Positions 23,383 through 35,380 of a DNA stretch of 64,000 bases are shown here, piece after piece; position 1 is the first letter of the stretch, and each line of letters opens with the position of its first letter. Location: positions 281,483 through 345,482 of the forward strand of contig JAAOMT010000082.1 in assembly GCA_016748015.1 (NCBI GenBank), read 5' to 3'. The position numbers were made by a program, and so were the translations under genes. This DNA is from Geosiphon pyriformis uo1. Its lineage: Eukaryota > Fungi > Glomeromycota. Under the pieces are notes generated by a model, which had not been told where the DNA came from, ran no database searches, and saw only the letters and a list, made by a program, of their open reading frames with translations.

Positions 23383-24673
23383 ACACTATATAGAGAATTA
23401 ATAAAAAAAACTGAAAATAGTAAACACAACAATTTCCAAGAAACTTTTACTATTATTACTTAAGACAAAATTTCAAAATTCAGAATTTGTATACAAACAA
23501 AACAAAACAATTGTTTGATATGGCAATATTATACCAATTTAAACAATTTGTGAGAAAGAACAACTTATTTACATAGACATAAGCCATATATCAGTTAAAA
23601 GTAGGATTTTAAGATTGATTAAAAATACTACTGCATCGAACAATGAACACAATAATCATTAATCAATTAGGAAGGATTATTAATACCTAATTTAAAAAAT
23701 TACAGATTAAAATTGCTCAAATAATTCTTAAAAAAAAGTCAAAGAGTTAATTTAAGAAAAAAAGTTAGAAAAGTTAGGAAATTTTAATGGAGCTTAATAT
23801 TAAAAAAAAGAAATAATGTTACTCATAGAAATTTAGAAATTTTTAAAAAGAAGATAAAATAGCTAATTAAAACTAGACATAGTAAAAGAAAAATTTCAGA
23901 ATTCTTTTTAAAGAATTACAAAATTCTAGGAGTCTTAAGATTTCTGGCTAGAAAAATTAAAAAAATCCAAAAAATCTCATATAACATTAATAATATATAT
24001 AGTAAGAGTATTAGAAACAAAAAAAACAGAATTAAGTTCAAAATTCAGTTAGAATTAATTAATTATCCAATATTCATCTCTTCAAAAAGTAGTTTTTTAT
24101 AACTTGAAAAAAAATTAAATCACATATTAATAAAATATCAATTATTATTTAAATCTATGTTGTTATTACTTGATTAAAGAAAAATTAATCACTTCTACTC
24201 TATTAACATAAAATGTTGATAAAATTTGATACTTAATCATACTGAATCAATAACTTTTAATTACAGCTATTAATAAAATACTAATTTATTCTTTTTTTTT
24301 CTTTTTTTTTCTTTATTTTGTTTTGTTTTGTTTTGTTGTTTTATTAACTAATTAAAAAAATTAAGTACTAAGTATTTTGATGTCAAGAATAATCTAATAA
24401 AAAACCTGAAAACAAGAATAAAAATTTGAAAATAGTTTACTAAAAAAACATAACTGCCAAAATAAATTAACCATTACACTAAAAAAAAATTTACAAAATA
24501 AACTTTTAGAAGGATACTAAAACAATCATTAAATCTTTGTCTATTATACAAAAAACTCTACCAAAACCTTCAAATCAAGAAAATTTTTAGATATTACTAT
24601 TATAATTCAGCTATTAAGCACCAAGTTATCGGTTTTTTATTTATACTAACATCCCAAATAATCATTTGTAACA
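23383..24673 (+). mobile_element. 3' end of another family-B element (short internal remnant, possible PPT aggaagga near 23668, LTR ending at 24673)
   Basis: 24230-24300 matches 4315-4400, and the terminus cccaaataatcatttgtaaca matches 4781-4801. The LTR left boundary (~23680) is approximate. Confidence 0.75.
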
Positions 24674-25000
24674 TCAAACACTCTTTTTTTATGTTAATAC
24701 TATTAGATTCAATAGTATTACTAGCTTTAAAGCTTCAAAAACAATCAGTAAAACTCTTAATAAAATCTCTTTGTTGTCAATATTATTTTTTAAAACACCA
24801 CTTTTTCTTTTTTTTCTAGATAAAATAAGTTTAATAATTACATTAACACCAGATTTTAATAGTTTTTTTTATAATAGCAATACTGGGGCCAACAGTGGTC
24901 TTGTAATTAAGTAGAAATAGTTTTAATTTATTATACTGAATAATTGAGACTTCTTCTTAAAAGATGTACTCTTTCTGTGAATTTAGAATATAAGAAAAAA
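24674..25000 (-). mobile_element. 5' fragment of the LINE family (5' UTR and ORF1 start)
   Basis: Colinear with 7030-7320 (e.g. ataatagcaatactggggccaacagtggtc vs ataatagcaatacttgggctaacagtggcc). Confidence 0.85.
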
Positions 25001-25399
25001 AGAATTTTTTTTTTAAAATTATTAGACTATTTTAGTTAATAAATTTTTAATATTTACTTTTTTTTAAATATTTTTTTTGTTTAATTATTAATAATTATAT
25101 TTTAAATTATTTATTTTTTTAAAAAAATATTAAACTGATTAGTTTTTAATCTTTATAATAAATTAAACAAAATATATATTTATTATAAAAAAAATACAAT
25201 AATTTATTATATTAAAATTAAATATAAAATTTATATTATTAGTATATTTAGCTTTTTTTTAAAACTTTTTGTTAAAAAATTTTTTAAAAATATTATAATA
25301 AGACCAACAAATTAGTTTATTATTGATTATAATTTTTTTTGTTAATTTTAATATTATTTAAAGATTTACTATTGCTAATAAAAATCATATATATAAATT

Positions 25400-26370
25400 T
25401 AACAGTTTTTTTTCATTTTTATTATTTTATTATTTTTATTATTATTTATCTTTTGTTTTAATTAATTAATTTTTTTAACTTGGTTTTAATTTAAAAAAAT
25501 TGTTTAATAACAATACTTAATTATAATAAAATTTTTTATTATATATTAATAATTAGCTTATATAATTTATAATTAAATAAGATTTTGGTTTTTTTAAACC
25601 ATTTATTTTTAATAATAATAATATATTTTTTGGTTTTAGAAACTTTCATATTAATTTTAATACAAATAAAAACAGCTTTACTTAAAATTTTTCTTTTTAT
25701 TAACATATATATTAATTATAAATTAAGTTAAATATTTATTAATTTTTTTGACAATAATACTAACAAATAATTTACTGTTTAAAATTAAATCAATAAAATA
25801 GTTAGCTATTTATGCTTTATAAATTAAAAAAATAATATTACTATTGTTAACAAATTTAACTTAATAAAAGTATTTATTGGTTTTTGATAGTTTTTCTTTA
25901 AAATTAAGTATTTATAAAAATTTTTTTGAACTATAAATAAGTTTTAATTTGAAAATTTTTAATTTTTATTTGTTTATTGTTCTTAACAGTAAATATTATG
26001 GCTTTGTTGAAATTTAAAACAAAATTAACTTTGGTTTTTTTTTTTTTTGTAAAATTAAAAGAGTTAATAGTTAGTTTATTTATATTATGATTATTATTAA
26101 TTAAATTAAAAGTATAAAAAAAGTTTTTTTTTATTAATTTGTATTTTTACTCTTTAAAAATATGTTTATTAGTTTAAATTAAAATATTTTTATTAAAAAA
26201 TTTAGATTAATATAATTTGATCTTTAATTAAAAATATTTTTATTATTAACTTTATTATTTTAACTATTATTGTTTCTAAAAACTAGTAAAAACAAAAAAA
26301 ATTATTGTAATTTTTAAAAAATGATTAATTAATGTACAATAATAATATATAAATAGATAATTTTACTGTT
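25400..26370 (-). mobile_element. Extremely eroded gypsy gag/protease region
   Basis: The minus strand gives IANYFIDLILNSKLFVSIIVKK and MKVSKTKKYIIIIKNKWFKKTK, which convert to LILDSGSSVS and IIVGN.WLKK mainly by reversing G>A/C>T changes. Confidence 0.65.
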
Positions 26371-26383
26371 TTTAATAATAAAT

Positions 26384-28250
26384 TAGTTATTAAAAATTTA
26401 ATAAATTAAATTAAATTAAACTTTAAATATCAAATTTAGTTTAATTTATAAGCTAAACTAAATTTTTAAAGTAAGTTTGAAGTTAAATTTTTTTGACAAG
26501 TTCAAATTTGGTTTAAAATTTACAAACTTAAATAAATTTGATAAATTAAAAAATATATATTTTGTATTATTTGTTTATTAATTATTACTTTGTTTAATTA
26601 TTATAATTAGTTAAAAAAATATATTAAATTATACATATATAACAACTTTATTTTTTAATTTATTAAAATAAATCTATTGTTTAATATTATTAATAATATA
26701 ACAGAATTTAATAACTCAAATAATTTAAATATTAATATTTTTGGTAAATATAGTTTTTAAAATAAAATACAAAATTATTTTAATAAATTTGAATAAACAA
26801 AAAAAACAGTTAAATATTGGTTTTAAAATATATATATAGACTATTTTTTTATAAAATTACAAATATTATTAAACTTTTATAATATTATTTAAAAACTTTC
26901 TATTAAACAGTATATATTATAAAAAAAGGCAAAATGTTTAGAAAGTAAAAATTTAATAAACTAAATCCAATTAAATTATTAAAATAAGTTTAATTTAAGT
27001 TTAAAATTAAACTTTTTTGCCAAATTTAAATTTAAAAATTTGTTTAAGTTTAATAAAATTAAAAAATATTTATTTTATATTATTTGTTTATTAATTATTA
27101 CTTTGTTTAATTATTATAATTAATTAAAAAAGTATATAAAATTATGTAAATATGACAATTTTTTTTAACTTATTAAAATAAATCTATTGTTTGATATTAT
27201 TAAAGATTTAAAATTCAAAATAATAGAATTTGATAATTTAAATAATTTAAATATTAATATTTTTAATAAACATAATTTTTAGAGTAAAATATAAAACTAT
27301 TTTAATAAGTTTATAAAAACAAAAAAAACCAATTAAATATTCAATCTTAAAATATGTATATAAACTATTTTTTATAATTTTTTAATTAAGTTAACTAAAA
27401 AATTGTTTTTAAATTATTATTTTTATTAAAAATTTGATATTTAAATATCTTAAACATGATTTTTTTGTTTGTATATATTATTTGTAATTACTTAATAATT
27501 CAAAAATTATTGTTGTTTTAAATATATTTTTTTTGTAAATAAAAAATATAATTGTAAATATAAAATTTTATTTAGTGTTTAAAACTATAAAAATAATACA
27601 CTATTTTAATTATAAATGTAGTAATTATTGAAAAAAAATTCATTAATATTATAATATAAATTTTAATAATTAAATCTGAATATATTTATAAACTTTAAAC
27701 CAACTTAAATTAAATTTGTTATTTAAATTAAAGTTTAGTTAAAATTTAATAATTTTAGATTTAATTCTGAAGTTTAGCCAAAATTTTATTTAAGTTTAAT
27801 TTAATTTAATAATTTATTTAAATTAATATTTTTATTAAAAATTTGATATTTAAACATATTAAAAACAATTTTCTTATTTTATATATATAGTTAATAATTA
27901 CTTAACAATTTAAAAATTATTTGTTGTTTTTAAATATGGTTTTTTTTGCAAATAGAAATATAATTACAAATATAAAATATTATTTAATGTTTAAAACTAT
28001 AAAAACAATATAATATTTTTAATTATAAATATAAAAACCCTTAAAAAAAATTAATTAATAATATAAAATAATTTTTAATAATTAAATTTGAATAAGTTAT
28101 AAATTTTAAACTAAACTTAAACCAAATTTGTTATTTAAGTTTAAGTTTAATAAAATTTAATAATTTTAAATTCAATTTAAATTCAATTTAAATTTAAGTC
28201 CAAAATTTAGCCAAAATTTCTGTTTAAGTTTGGTTTAATTTAATAATTTA
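26384..28250. mobile_element. ~0.9-kb non-coding repeat (probable MITE) with a second copy (~26972-27816) nested inside it
   Basis: A-A-B-B block pattern (26520-26830 ~ 27040-27375; 27410-27815 ~ 27830-28250). The contiguous A-B form occurs at 52095-52812. Inverted termini taaattattaaa/tttaataattta. Confidence 0.75.
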
Positions 28251-29939
28251 ATTAAACTTAGACTAAACTAAACATTAAAATTTTAATGATTATTGAAGTT
28301 AATAAAATTAATATTTAAATTTGAGTTTTTAAAGTTGTTAAGTTTTTTTATTATTTGTGTTAATAACTCTAATAATTAGGCAAAATTAATTATAAGTCTA
28401 TTTATCAATAATTTATTTGAATTTTAAGTTTAAATAACAAAAAAAATAACAGTTATTTAAAAAACTAAAACTAAATAAAAACTAAAAAATAAATTGTAAG
28501 TGTATTTTTTAATTATTTTTAATTTTTAGACAAATTTAATAATTATATTAATAGTAAAATTGTTTTTTAAAGCCAAAAAAACCAAAAAACATATAATTAA
28601 TTAGTTTTTAATTTTTTGGTAAAAAAATAAATTTTTTGTTTTTTAATTCAGTTTTTTCAGTATTTATTTATTAAATTAACTTTCTTATAATTTTGGCATA
28701 TTTAGTTGTAATTTTATTAAAACTTTGTATTTTTTTTCTAATTTAATATGTTATTTAAAAATTTAAATAAAAATTTTAAACTTTTATTTAAATTAAATAA
28801 TAAAAAATATTAATTTTATTGTATTACTTTTAAATAAAAATAGTAAAATATTATTTTTTTATTTTAAAACAGTTTATATGCTTTGAAAAATAACCAAAAT
28901 ATTTGTTTGTATTATATTAATAGTTATTGGTTTTAAAGTAGATATTTTTGTAAAAAAATCTGATTTACTTAAAAAAAATTAAAAACAAAAACAATTTAAT
29001 AGCTTTTTTTTTGTTTCAAAAAAAGTTGTAATTAATTATTAAATAGCTATTCAAAAATAAATTTGATGATTTAATAGTTTGAAATTAAGTAATAGTTATT
29101 CAAAAATAACAAAATATAAAAGCCAATTAATATTGCATTTTTTTTTAAAAAATTTTTTAAATAAGTTTGATTAAAGAAATATATAGTATAAATAATATAA
29201 AATTTAACTGATTAATTATTTAAAAACCAATTTCAAAAGTTTTGGAATGTTTATTAAATTAATTTTTAACAGAAAAACAAATTAAGCAAAAAAATAAAAA
29301 ATTGAATTTAATAAAATCCAAGTTATTTTTGTTATATACTGTAAAATATTTTTTTAATTGTCATAATAAGTATAAATAATTACTTATATAATAAAAAACA
29401 AATAAAATTTGACAATCTTACAAAAAGCACTACTTTTATATTTTAAGTTAAAATAATAAGTTGACAAAAAAAAACAAAATTATATTATAATAAAATTGAT
29501 TAAAAAATAATTTAACTTTAAAAAGCAAATTAAATTGATAAAAATTCCAGTATATAAGATTAATTTTATTAATATTTAATTACTATTCTTTTTAAAAATA
29601 ACAAAAAAACAAAAAAATAATTTGTATTATTAACAAAAAATAACATATTAATATAATTTTATGTTTTATATTAATATTTTAAAATTTAATATTAGATATT
29701 AATAATATTTTTTAATAATATTTATTATTAATTTTAAGATTAATAATTATATAAATTAAAAAAAAATAAAATATATAAATATTAACAAATAATTTTTATT
29801 TACAAATGTTTAGATATTTAAAAAAATTTAAAAAAAAATAAGTAATATAAAAAGATTAAATAATTAAAATAATTTTTATTTCTTTAATTTTTATATGTTT
29901 TTTATTGTTAAAAAACTTATTACTTTATTAATTATTTAA

Positions 29940-30520
29940 AATAGTCAATAATTAAATCAATAATTAGATTAATAATCAGATTGATGATCAAATTAATAAT
30001 TAGATTAATGATTATTAGTTAAAAACAGAGTAGTTAATTATCTAATATTAATTAATATATGTAATAATTAATAAAACAATAGATTTTAAAAATTACAACA
30101 ATATTAAAAATTATTTAAAATTATTTATAATATTAAAAAACTAGTTTTAAAGTAAAAAAAATATTTATAATATTAATTAAGATAATAATTATATAAAATA
30201 ACATTATTATTATTGAAAATACAAAAATTTAAATAATTACTTAGCTTAATTTAAGAATACAAAAAAAAATAATATTATATAACATGTATTTGGATTTTTT
30301 TTAATATATTTGGAAAAACAATATTATTTAAAAGATATTAAAACATTATTTTTGGCTTTATATGCAAAAAATTTTTAATAATATATAAAATTTTGTAATA
30401 GTTATTAAAAAAAAAATTATTTATTAAATTTTTAAATTCAATTAAAATTTAATAATTTTTGGATAAAATTAGTATTAATTTAATTAAACTACTATATATT
30501 ATAACTAAAAAAAATATTAT
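29940..30520 (+). mobile_element. Extremely eroded integrase N-terminal region related to family A, preceded by a 12-bp tandem repeat
   Basis: 30075-30520 aligns with 20160-20625 (acaatagatt...tacaacaatattaaaaattattt; tataacatgtat; acattatttttggc), with most C/G positions read as T/A. Confidence 0.75.
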
Positions 30521-31635
30521 AAAACTTTTTTCTATTATATTTTGTAAAAAAGTTTTTTGTTTTTGTTTTTTTTTTAATATATTCTTTATAATTTTTCAAA
30601 ATATAAACTTTTTTATTGTAAATTTGTTGATTTAAACAGTATAATAACTAAAAAAAAAGACAATAAAAAATCTGTTTATAGTTTTATTACTAGAACTTTT
30701 TTTTAAAACAAAAAGTTTCAATTGATAATATTAAATACTTAAGTGAAAAAACATATTTTTATACCGATTTCTAATTATTGCTAATAAATTTTCAAACCTA
30801 AAAACTAATTCAAATAATAATACAAACTACACTTTAATGATTAATAATAAATACAAAACAAATTATAAAAATAAATATTTTTAAGACAAAAAAAATTAAT
30901 TCTGATAAAATAATTGGCTTATTTTTGGGTTTTTATAATTATAATATAAATAATTAAAAAATAACTCTTTTTTTGCCTAATTTTATTGTTTTAAAAAAAA
31001 GATAAATTAATACTAAAATTGTAAAAACTTTAATAAAAATATTAATTTTTTAATTATTAAAAACAAATTAACTATAACTAAAATAATAGTTACCAGGAAA
31101 TTTTTTTGAAATTTGAAAAAATCATCAAATTTATATTTATATAAACTGAATTATAATATTGATCAGTAAAAAAAATTTAAGTAAATAATAATTTTAAAAA
31201 ACAAAAAATATACTTAAATTAAATTATAATAATTAAAATAATTTTTATAAATATATTAAGAAAATAATTGTTTAAATTTTAATTTAATTTAATTATATTG
31301 TATTAATCTAATTGCAATTTATTAAATTATAACAAAAAATTATTATAAAATTTTTTTATTAGTCTTAAAATAGTTTATTTTAATTAAAAAAAATTTTATA
31401 TATATAATTAAAGCCAATAAAAATTAAATAATATAATTATTTAAAAATTAATTTAAAATATTATTGTTTATTTTGTTTATAAACATAATATTATAAATAG
31501 TTAAATAATATATTAACTTATAAATTAGTGTTTTAAGTTTGTTAATTAATTTAAAAATTTTTGATGTTTAAAAATTTTAATTAATAAAGTTTTTTATATA
31601 ATAAACAAAAATTTACTAATAATAATTGATAATAC

Positions 31636-33590
31636 TATTACAGATAAACTTAGTAAAATAATGTTATAATATTTTAGTGCTGGTAATTTGGAAATAGAAG
31701 TTTGGAAATTTTTTGATAAATTGGTTTTTGTTATAAATCAGTTTATTAGTTTTTGAAAGTCTTAATATTTAAAATTTTATTTGTTAAGTTTTTTGGTTAT
31801 AAAATACAAAAAAATTGTTTTGGCTATTGTATTAATATAAGTATCTTATATTCTATACTAGTTAATTACAATTACTAAAATTTGGTATTGTTTTTTTGCT
31901 TTTTTAGTAAACTAATAAAATAAAATTAATATTCAATTCTAAAAAAAACTTTTTTTTTTATCAAGTTATCATAAAGTTTAATATTAAGACAGGTAATTTT
32001 CAATATTGTTGCTGCTATTAGCTGAAATTTAAAAAATTATTTAGCATAAAATTATTCTTATAATTTTTATTATTAATTACTATATATTGTTGTTCCAATT
32101 TATTACTTATTATCTTATTAAATTATTTGAATTATTATTCAATTAATAACCCAATTTGTATAAAACACAAATAAAACCAAATTGCAATAATCAAATTATG
32201 TAATACACTAAACTATATAACATTTAGAATTTGCCAAAATATTTATTAATTTACTAAAATAATCTATAGTTTGCAAAAATAACTTGTAGTTTGATAAAAT
32301 ATATCTTTAGTTTGCCAAAATATTAGAAAAAAAAAGTGCTAAATTATAAAATAGTATTACAATAAATTGTTTAAAAAAGAATATTTTTTTTCGAGAAAAT
32401 ATTTCTTAATTAAAACTAATATTTTTTTTAATATCTTTTATACAAATTAATTTCAATAAAACTTATTTTAAAAACATAAAAATTTTTAATTATTCTTATT
32501 ATGAAATTAACTATTTTATATTAATATTTTGAAATTGATTAGCAACTTCCAGACCTGAATCCAAAATAACTTTTTTAAAAACACATTTTCTTATTTTTTT
32601 TCTTTAGTTTATTTTTTTATTTCTTTTATTTTTTTTATATTATTGGGTAGTTTACAATTGAAATTTTTTGTAGAAGAGTTGACTTTTACAGCAAAGTAAC
32701 TATACATATTTTGGAAAACTTACAAACAAGATTTTCTTGTAAAAGAGTTAACTTTTACCATAAAGTAATTACATACATTTTTAAAGAGCTTACAGACAAA
32801 ATTTTTTTGTAAAAAAGTCAATTTTTACTGCAAAGTAATTATACAAGTAATTGGCATAAAATTGACTATTTCATTATAAATCCAACAGCATACATAGTCT
32901 AAAGTATAAAAAAATACTTTAAAAAAAGAATTAGCTTATTAGAGATTTACTAATTTTTATCAACAGCAAAATTAACAGCAAATGGTATTAACAATACTAA
33001 AAAAAAGATAAATGAATCTCTAATAACATCGTTTTACAAAAAAAAATAAAAAAAATAAAAAAACAAAGAAAAAAAATAGAAATATAATTAATATTTTGTT
33101 AATTACTATAATTAAAAATAATTGGTTCAAGTTATTAAAGTTCTAAATGCATTTATGCTAATTATATTTGGTTTGAAATAGAAGTAAAAGATAAAAATCA
33201 ATTAAATTTTAATAATTGAATTGTTTAAAATTATGTAATTATAGATTTAAATAATAATATTTATTTAAATTGATTAGAAATAAAGAAAACTTTAATATAA
33301 AAGAGTTATTAAACTAAAGATAAAACATTTAGAATTGATGTAATTTTTGTTTGCCTTTTTTCTATTTATTAAAATTACTTGTTTTTATACATATTTTCTA
33401 ATTTTATTAGATTGCTTTTAATTGCTTATTATTATTAATTATTGTTTACTATTTTAGTTATTGCTTTATTCTTTTATATTATAACTAATTATCTTATACT
33501 ATCATTGGTTATTTTGTGTTATTTTACGTTATTTTATGTTATTTTGTATTATTTTATATTATTTTATATTATTATGCATTATTTTTTATA
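31636..33590 (-). mobile_element. Family-B LTR interrupted by a solo family-A-like LTR
   Basis: 31636-32012 matches 9998-10379, and 33029-33590 continues the match to 10380-11050. Confidence 0.75.
32013..33028 (+). mobile_element. Solo LTR related to family A, decayed 4-bp TSD (TTGC/TCGT from TCGC)
   Basis: Starts tgctattag and ends ctctaataaca; internal blocks match the 13461 LTR (gtagaagagttgacttttacagcaaagtaact). The host LTR is contiguous across the insertion. Confidence 0.85.
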
Positions 33591-33938
33591 AATAATTAAG
33601 ATTTACTAGATACAAAATATCCAAAATATTTACTAAAAATAATTTCAATTGATCTTTTAAATATAATTTTTTAAATTGTTAAAAGCTGATAAATTTTAAT
33701 AATTTTCAAAAATAAATTTAAAAGCTAACTATTTTGATTATTTTATTATTTAAGTTTCTTCACATTTCCAATTAACTTTTATAATATGTAATCTTTATTA
33801 AAATGCAATTTTAATAAAAAATTTAGATTATATATTAAAAATATTTCATATTTGGTAAAAAATTAGCAAAACTTTAATAAATTAGAAGTTAAAATTATAA
33901 ATAATCTAATATAGAAAGCTAAAATTGATTAACTATTA

Positions 33939-34445
33939 TCATAGTCTCTTAATATAAATACTATATAGTCAAATATCTTGGTTTTGGGATAATCTAATAT
34001 TTACCAAGACTTGTATTTTTTTAGAGAATATGAACAAGTATTGTAGAATTAACTTTATTCTATATAACAATATTATATTGATTGCCTTTAATATTAAACT
34101 TTTCAACATATAACTTGGCAATATTTTTATTAAAAATTGAAGAAACTCTAAGCTATTGATTATTTAATCCATATTTATCTGATATTTTTAGCACAATTCG
34201 GTTTTAATCACATGAAAAACTTAAGAAAACACTTTTCAAGTGAAAATCTCAGTATCTTTAATATTATAATTAGCCAGAGTACAGTTATCTTCAAGTTTTT
34301 TTCCCTTAAAAAAAAACATTGTTAATCTAGAAATAGCATTTTCAGTATTTTGGCTAGAATAGCCCAATTATTATCAACTAAACTTATTTTATGTATGTTC
34401 TTTAGATCAATTGTTTGGTGAGAACAACCAGTCTTTTTCATAATA
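33939..34445 (-). pseudogene. Ubiquitin-like domain + ADP-ribosyltransferase-fold (NEURL4 C-terminal-like) pseudogene with internal deletions
   Basis: Ubl: D*QCFF..GKKLEDNCTLANYNIKD. ART-like: SCD*NRIVLKISDKYG...*L, NIAKLY...IVI*NKVNS...GKY*II...DI*LYSIYIKR, which reverts by transitions to PCGW.RI.LK, QNRVNP, EYW, DIRPYGICIK. Confidence 0.7.
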
Positions 34446-35176
34446 TTTTTTTAAATGAAAACAGTTTATGAATTTTTAAAAAACTAGCAGCCAAAAGTAT
34501 TGTATTATTGCTTGACAAATTTTTAGATGAATGCCTAAGTACTAGAAAAAGACAAAAGCAATAATATTTTCTTTAAATACTTTTACTTTGTTTAAAAAAA
34601 TTTTGCTATCTATCTTGGTTATTCTAAATATTAATCCAATGTTCTTTTATCATATTGAAAGACAAAGTTTATTGACTCATTTAAGATAAATTTTTTTTTA
34701 ACATGCTCATTGATAATTTTTAAAATTGCAGCAAAAAATGATAATTTATAAATTCTTTAAAACTTTCATTTTTTTTTCGACCAAATCCGAATTTTAGACT
34801 TTAAATATCATAATTTGCTTGTCTGTTGTTCTTAAACTTAAGGACGCACTTCAATATCATTAAGCTTGAAATTGTCAAAGTACTACTTAAATCAGCTATT
34901 CTTGATATTCACATGAATTAAACAAAAACCCTAAATTATGGCTCGGAAATTCATTGAATTTTATTTTGAAAATGAAATATGAAATGATTTTGGCAAATCA
35001 AGTATCCCATATTCATAATCAACAAAATTGGAAATAAAAAATATGGGTTCAATTTTGGATTTGGGGATTTTTAAAACATTTTGAAATACATGGTTGAAGA
35101 TCAAAAGATGAAAGAGTTTTAGGAAACACATCAACAAAAGCATTGATATAAAACTATCAATATTGAGTTCGAAAAA

Positions 35177-35380
35177 ATGCCCAATATAAAGAATAAGAAA
35201 AATATTGGTGAGTTAAAAGACAAAACAGCATTGGATGAAATCAAGCTTCCTATTACTGATTCCAGATTGAATGAATTTAAAAAATATTTATTTTATGTCC
35301 AACAGGCTTATTGTCTTTCAAATGAATATATATACCAAGACATTTTTAGTAATCAATTGAAAATTTTTCTCTCTCCGTGA
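35177..35380 (+). pseudogene. Possible N-terminal relic of a class-3 lipase-like gene
   Basis: LPITDSRLNEFKKYLFYVQQAYCL resembles the first helix + YC motif of fungal lipases and of the gene at 51.4 kb; no downstream exons recognised. Confidence 0.4.
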
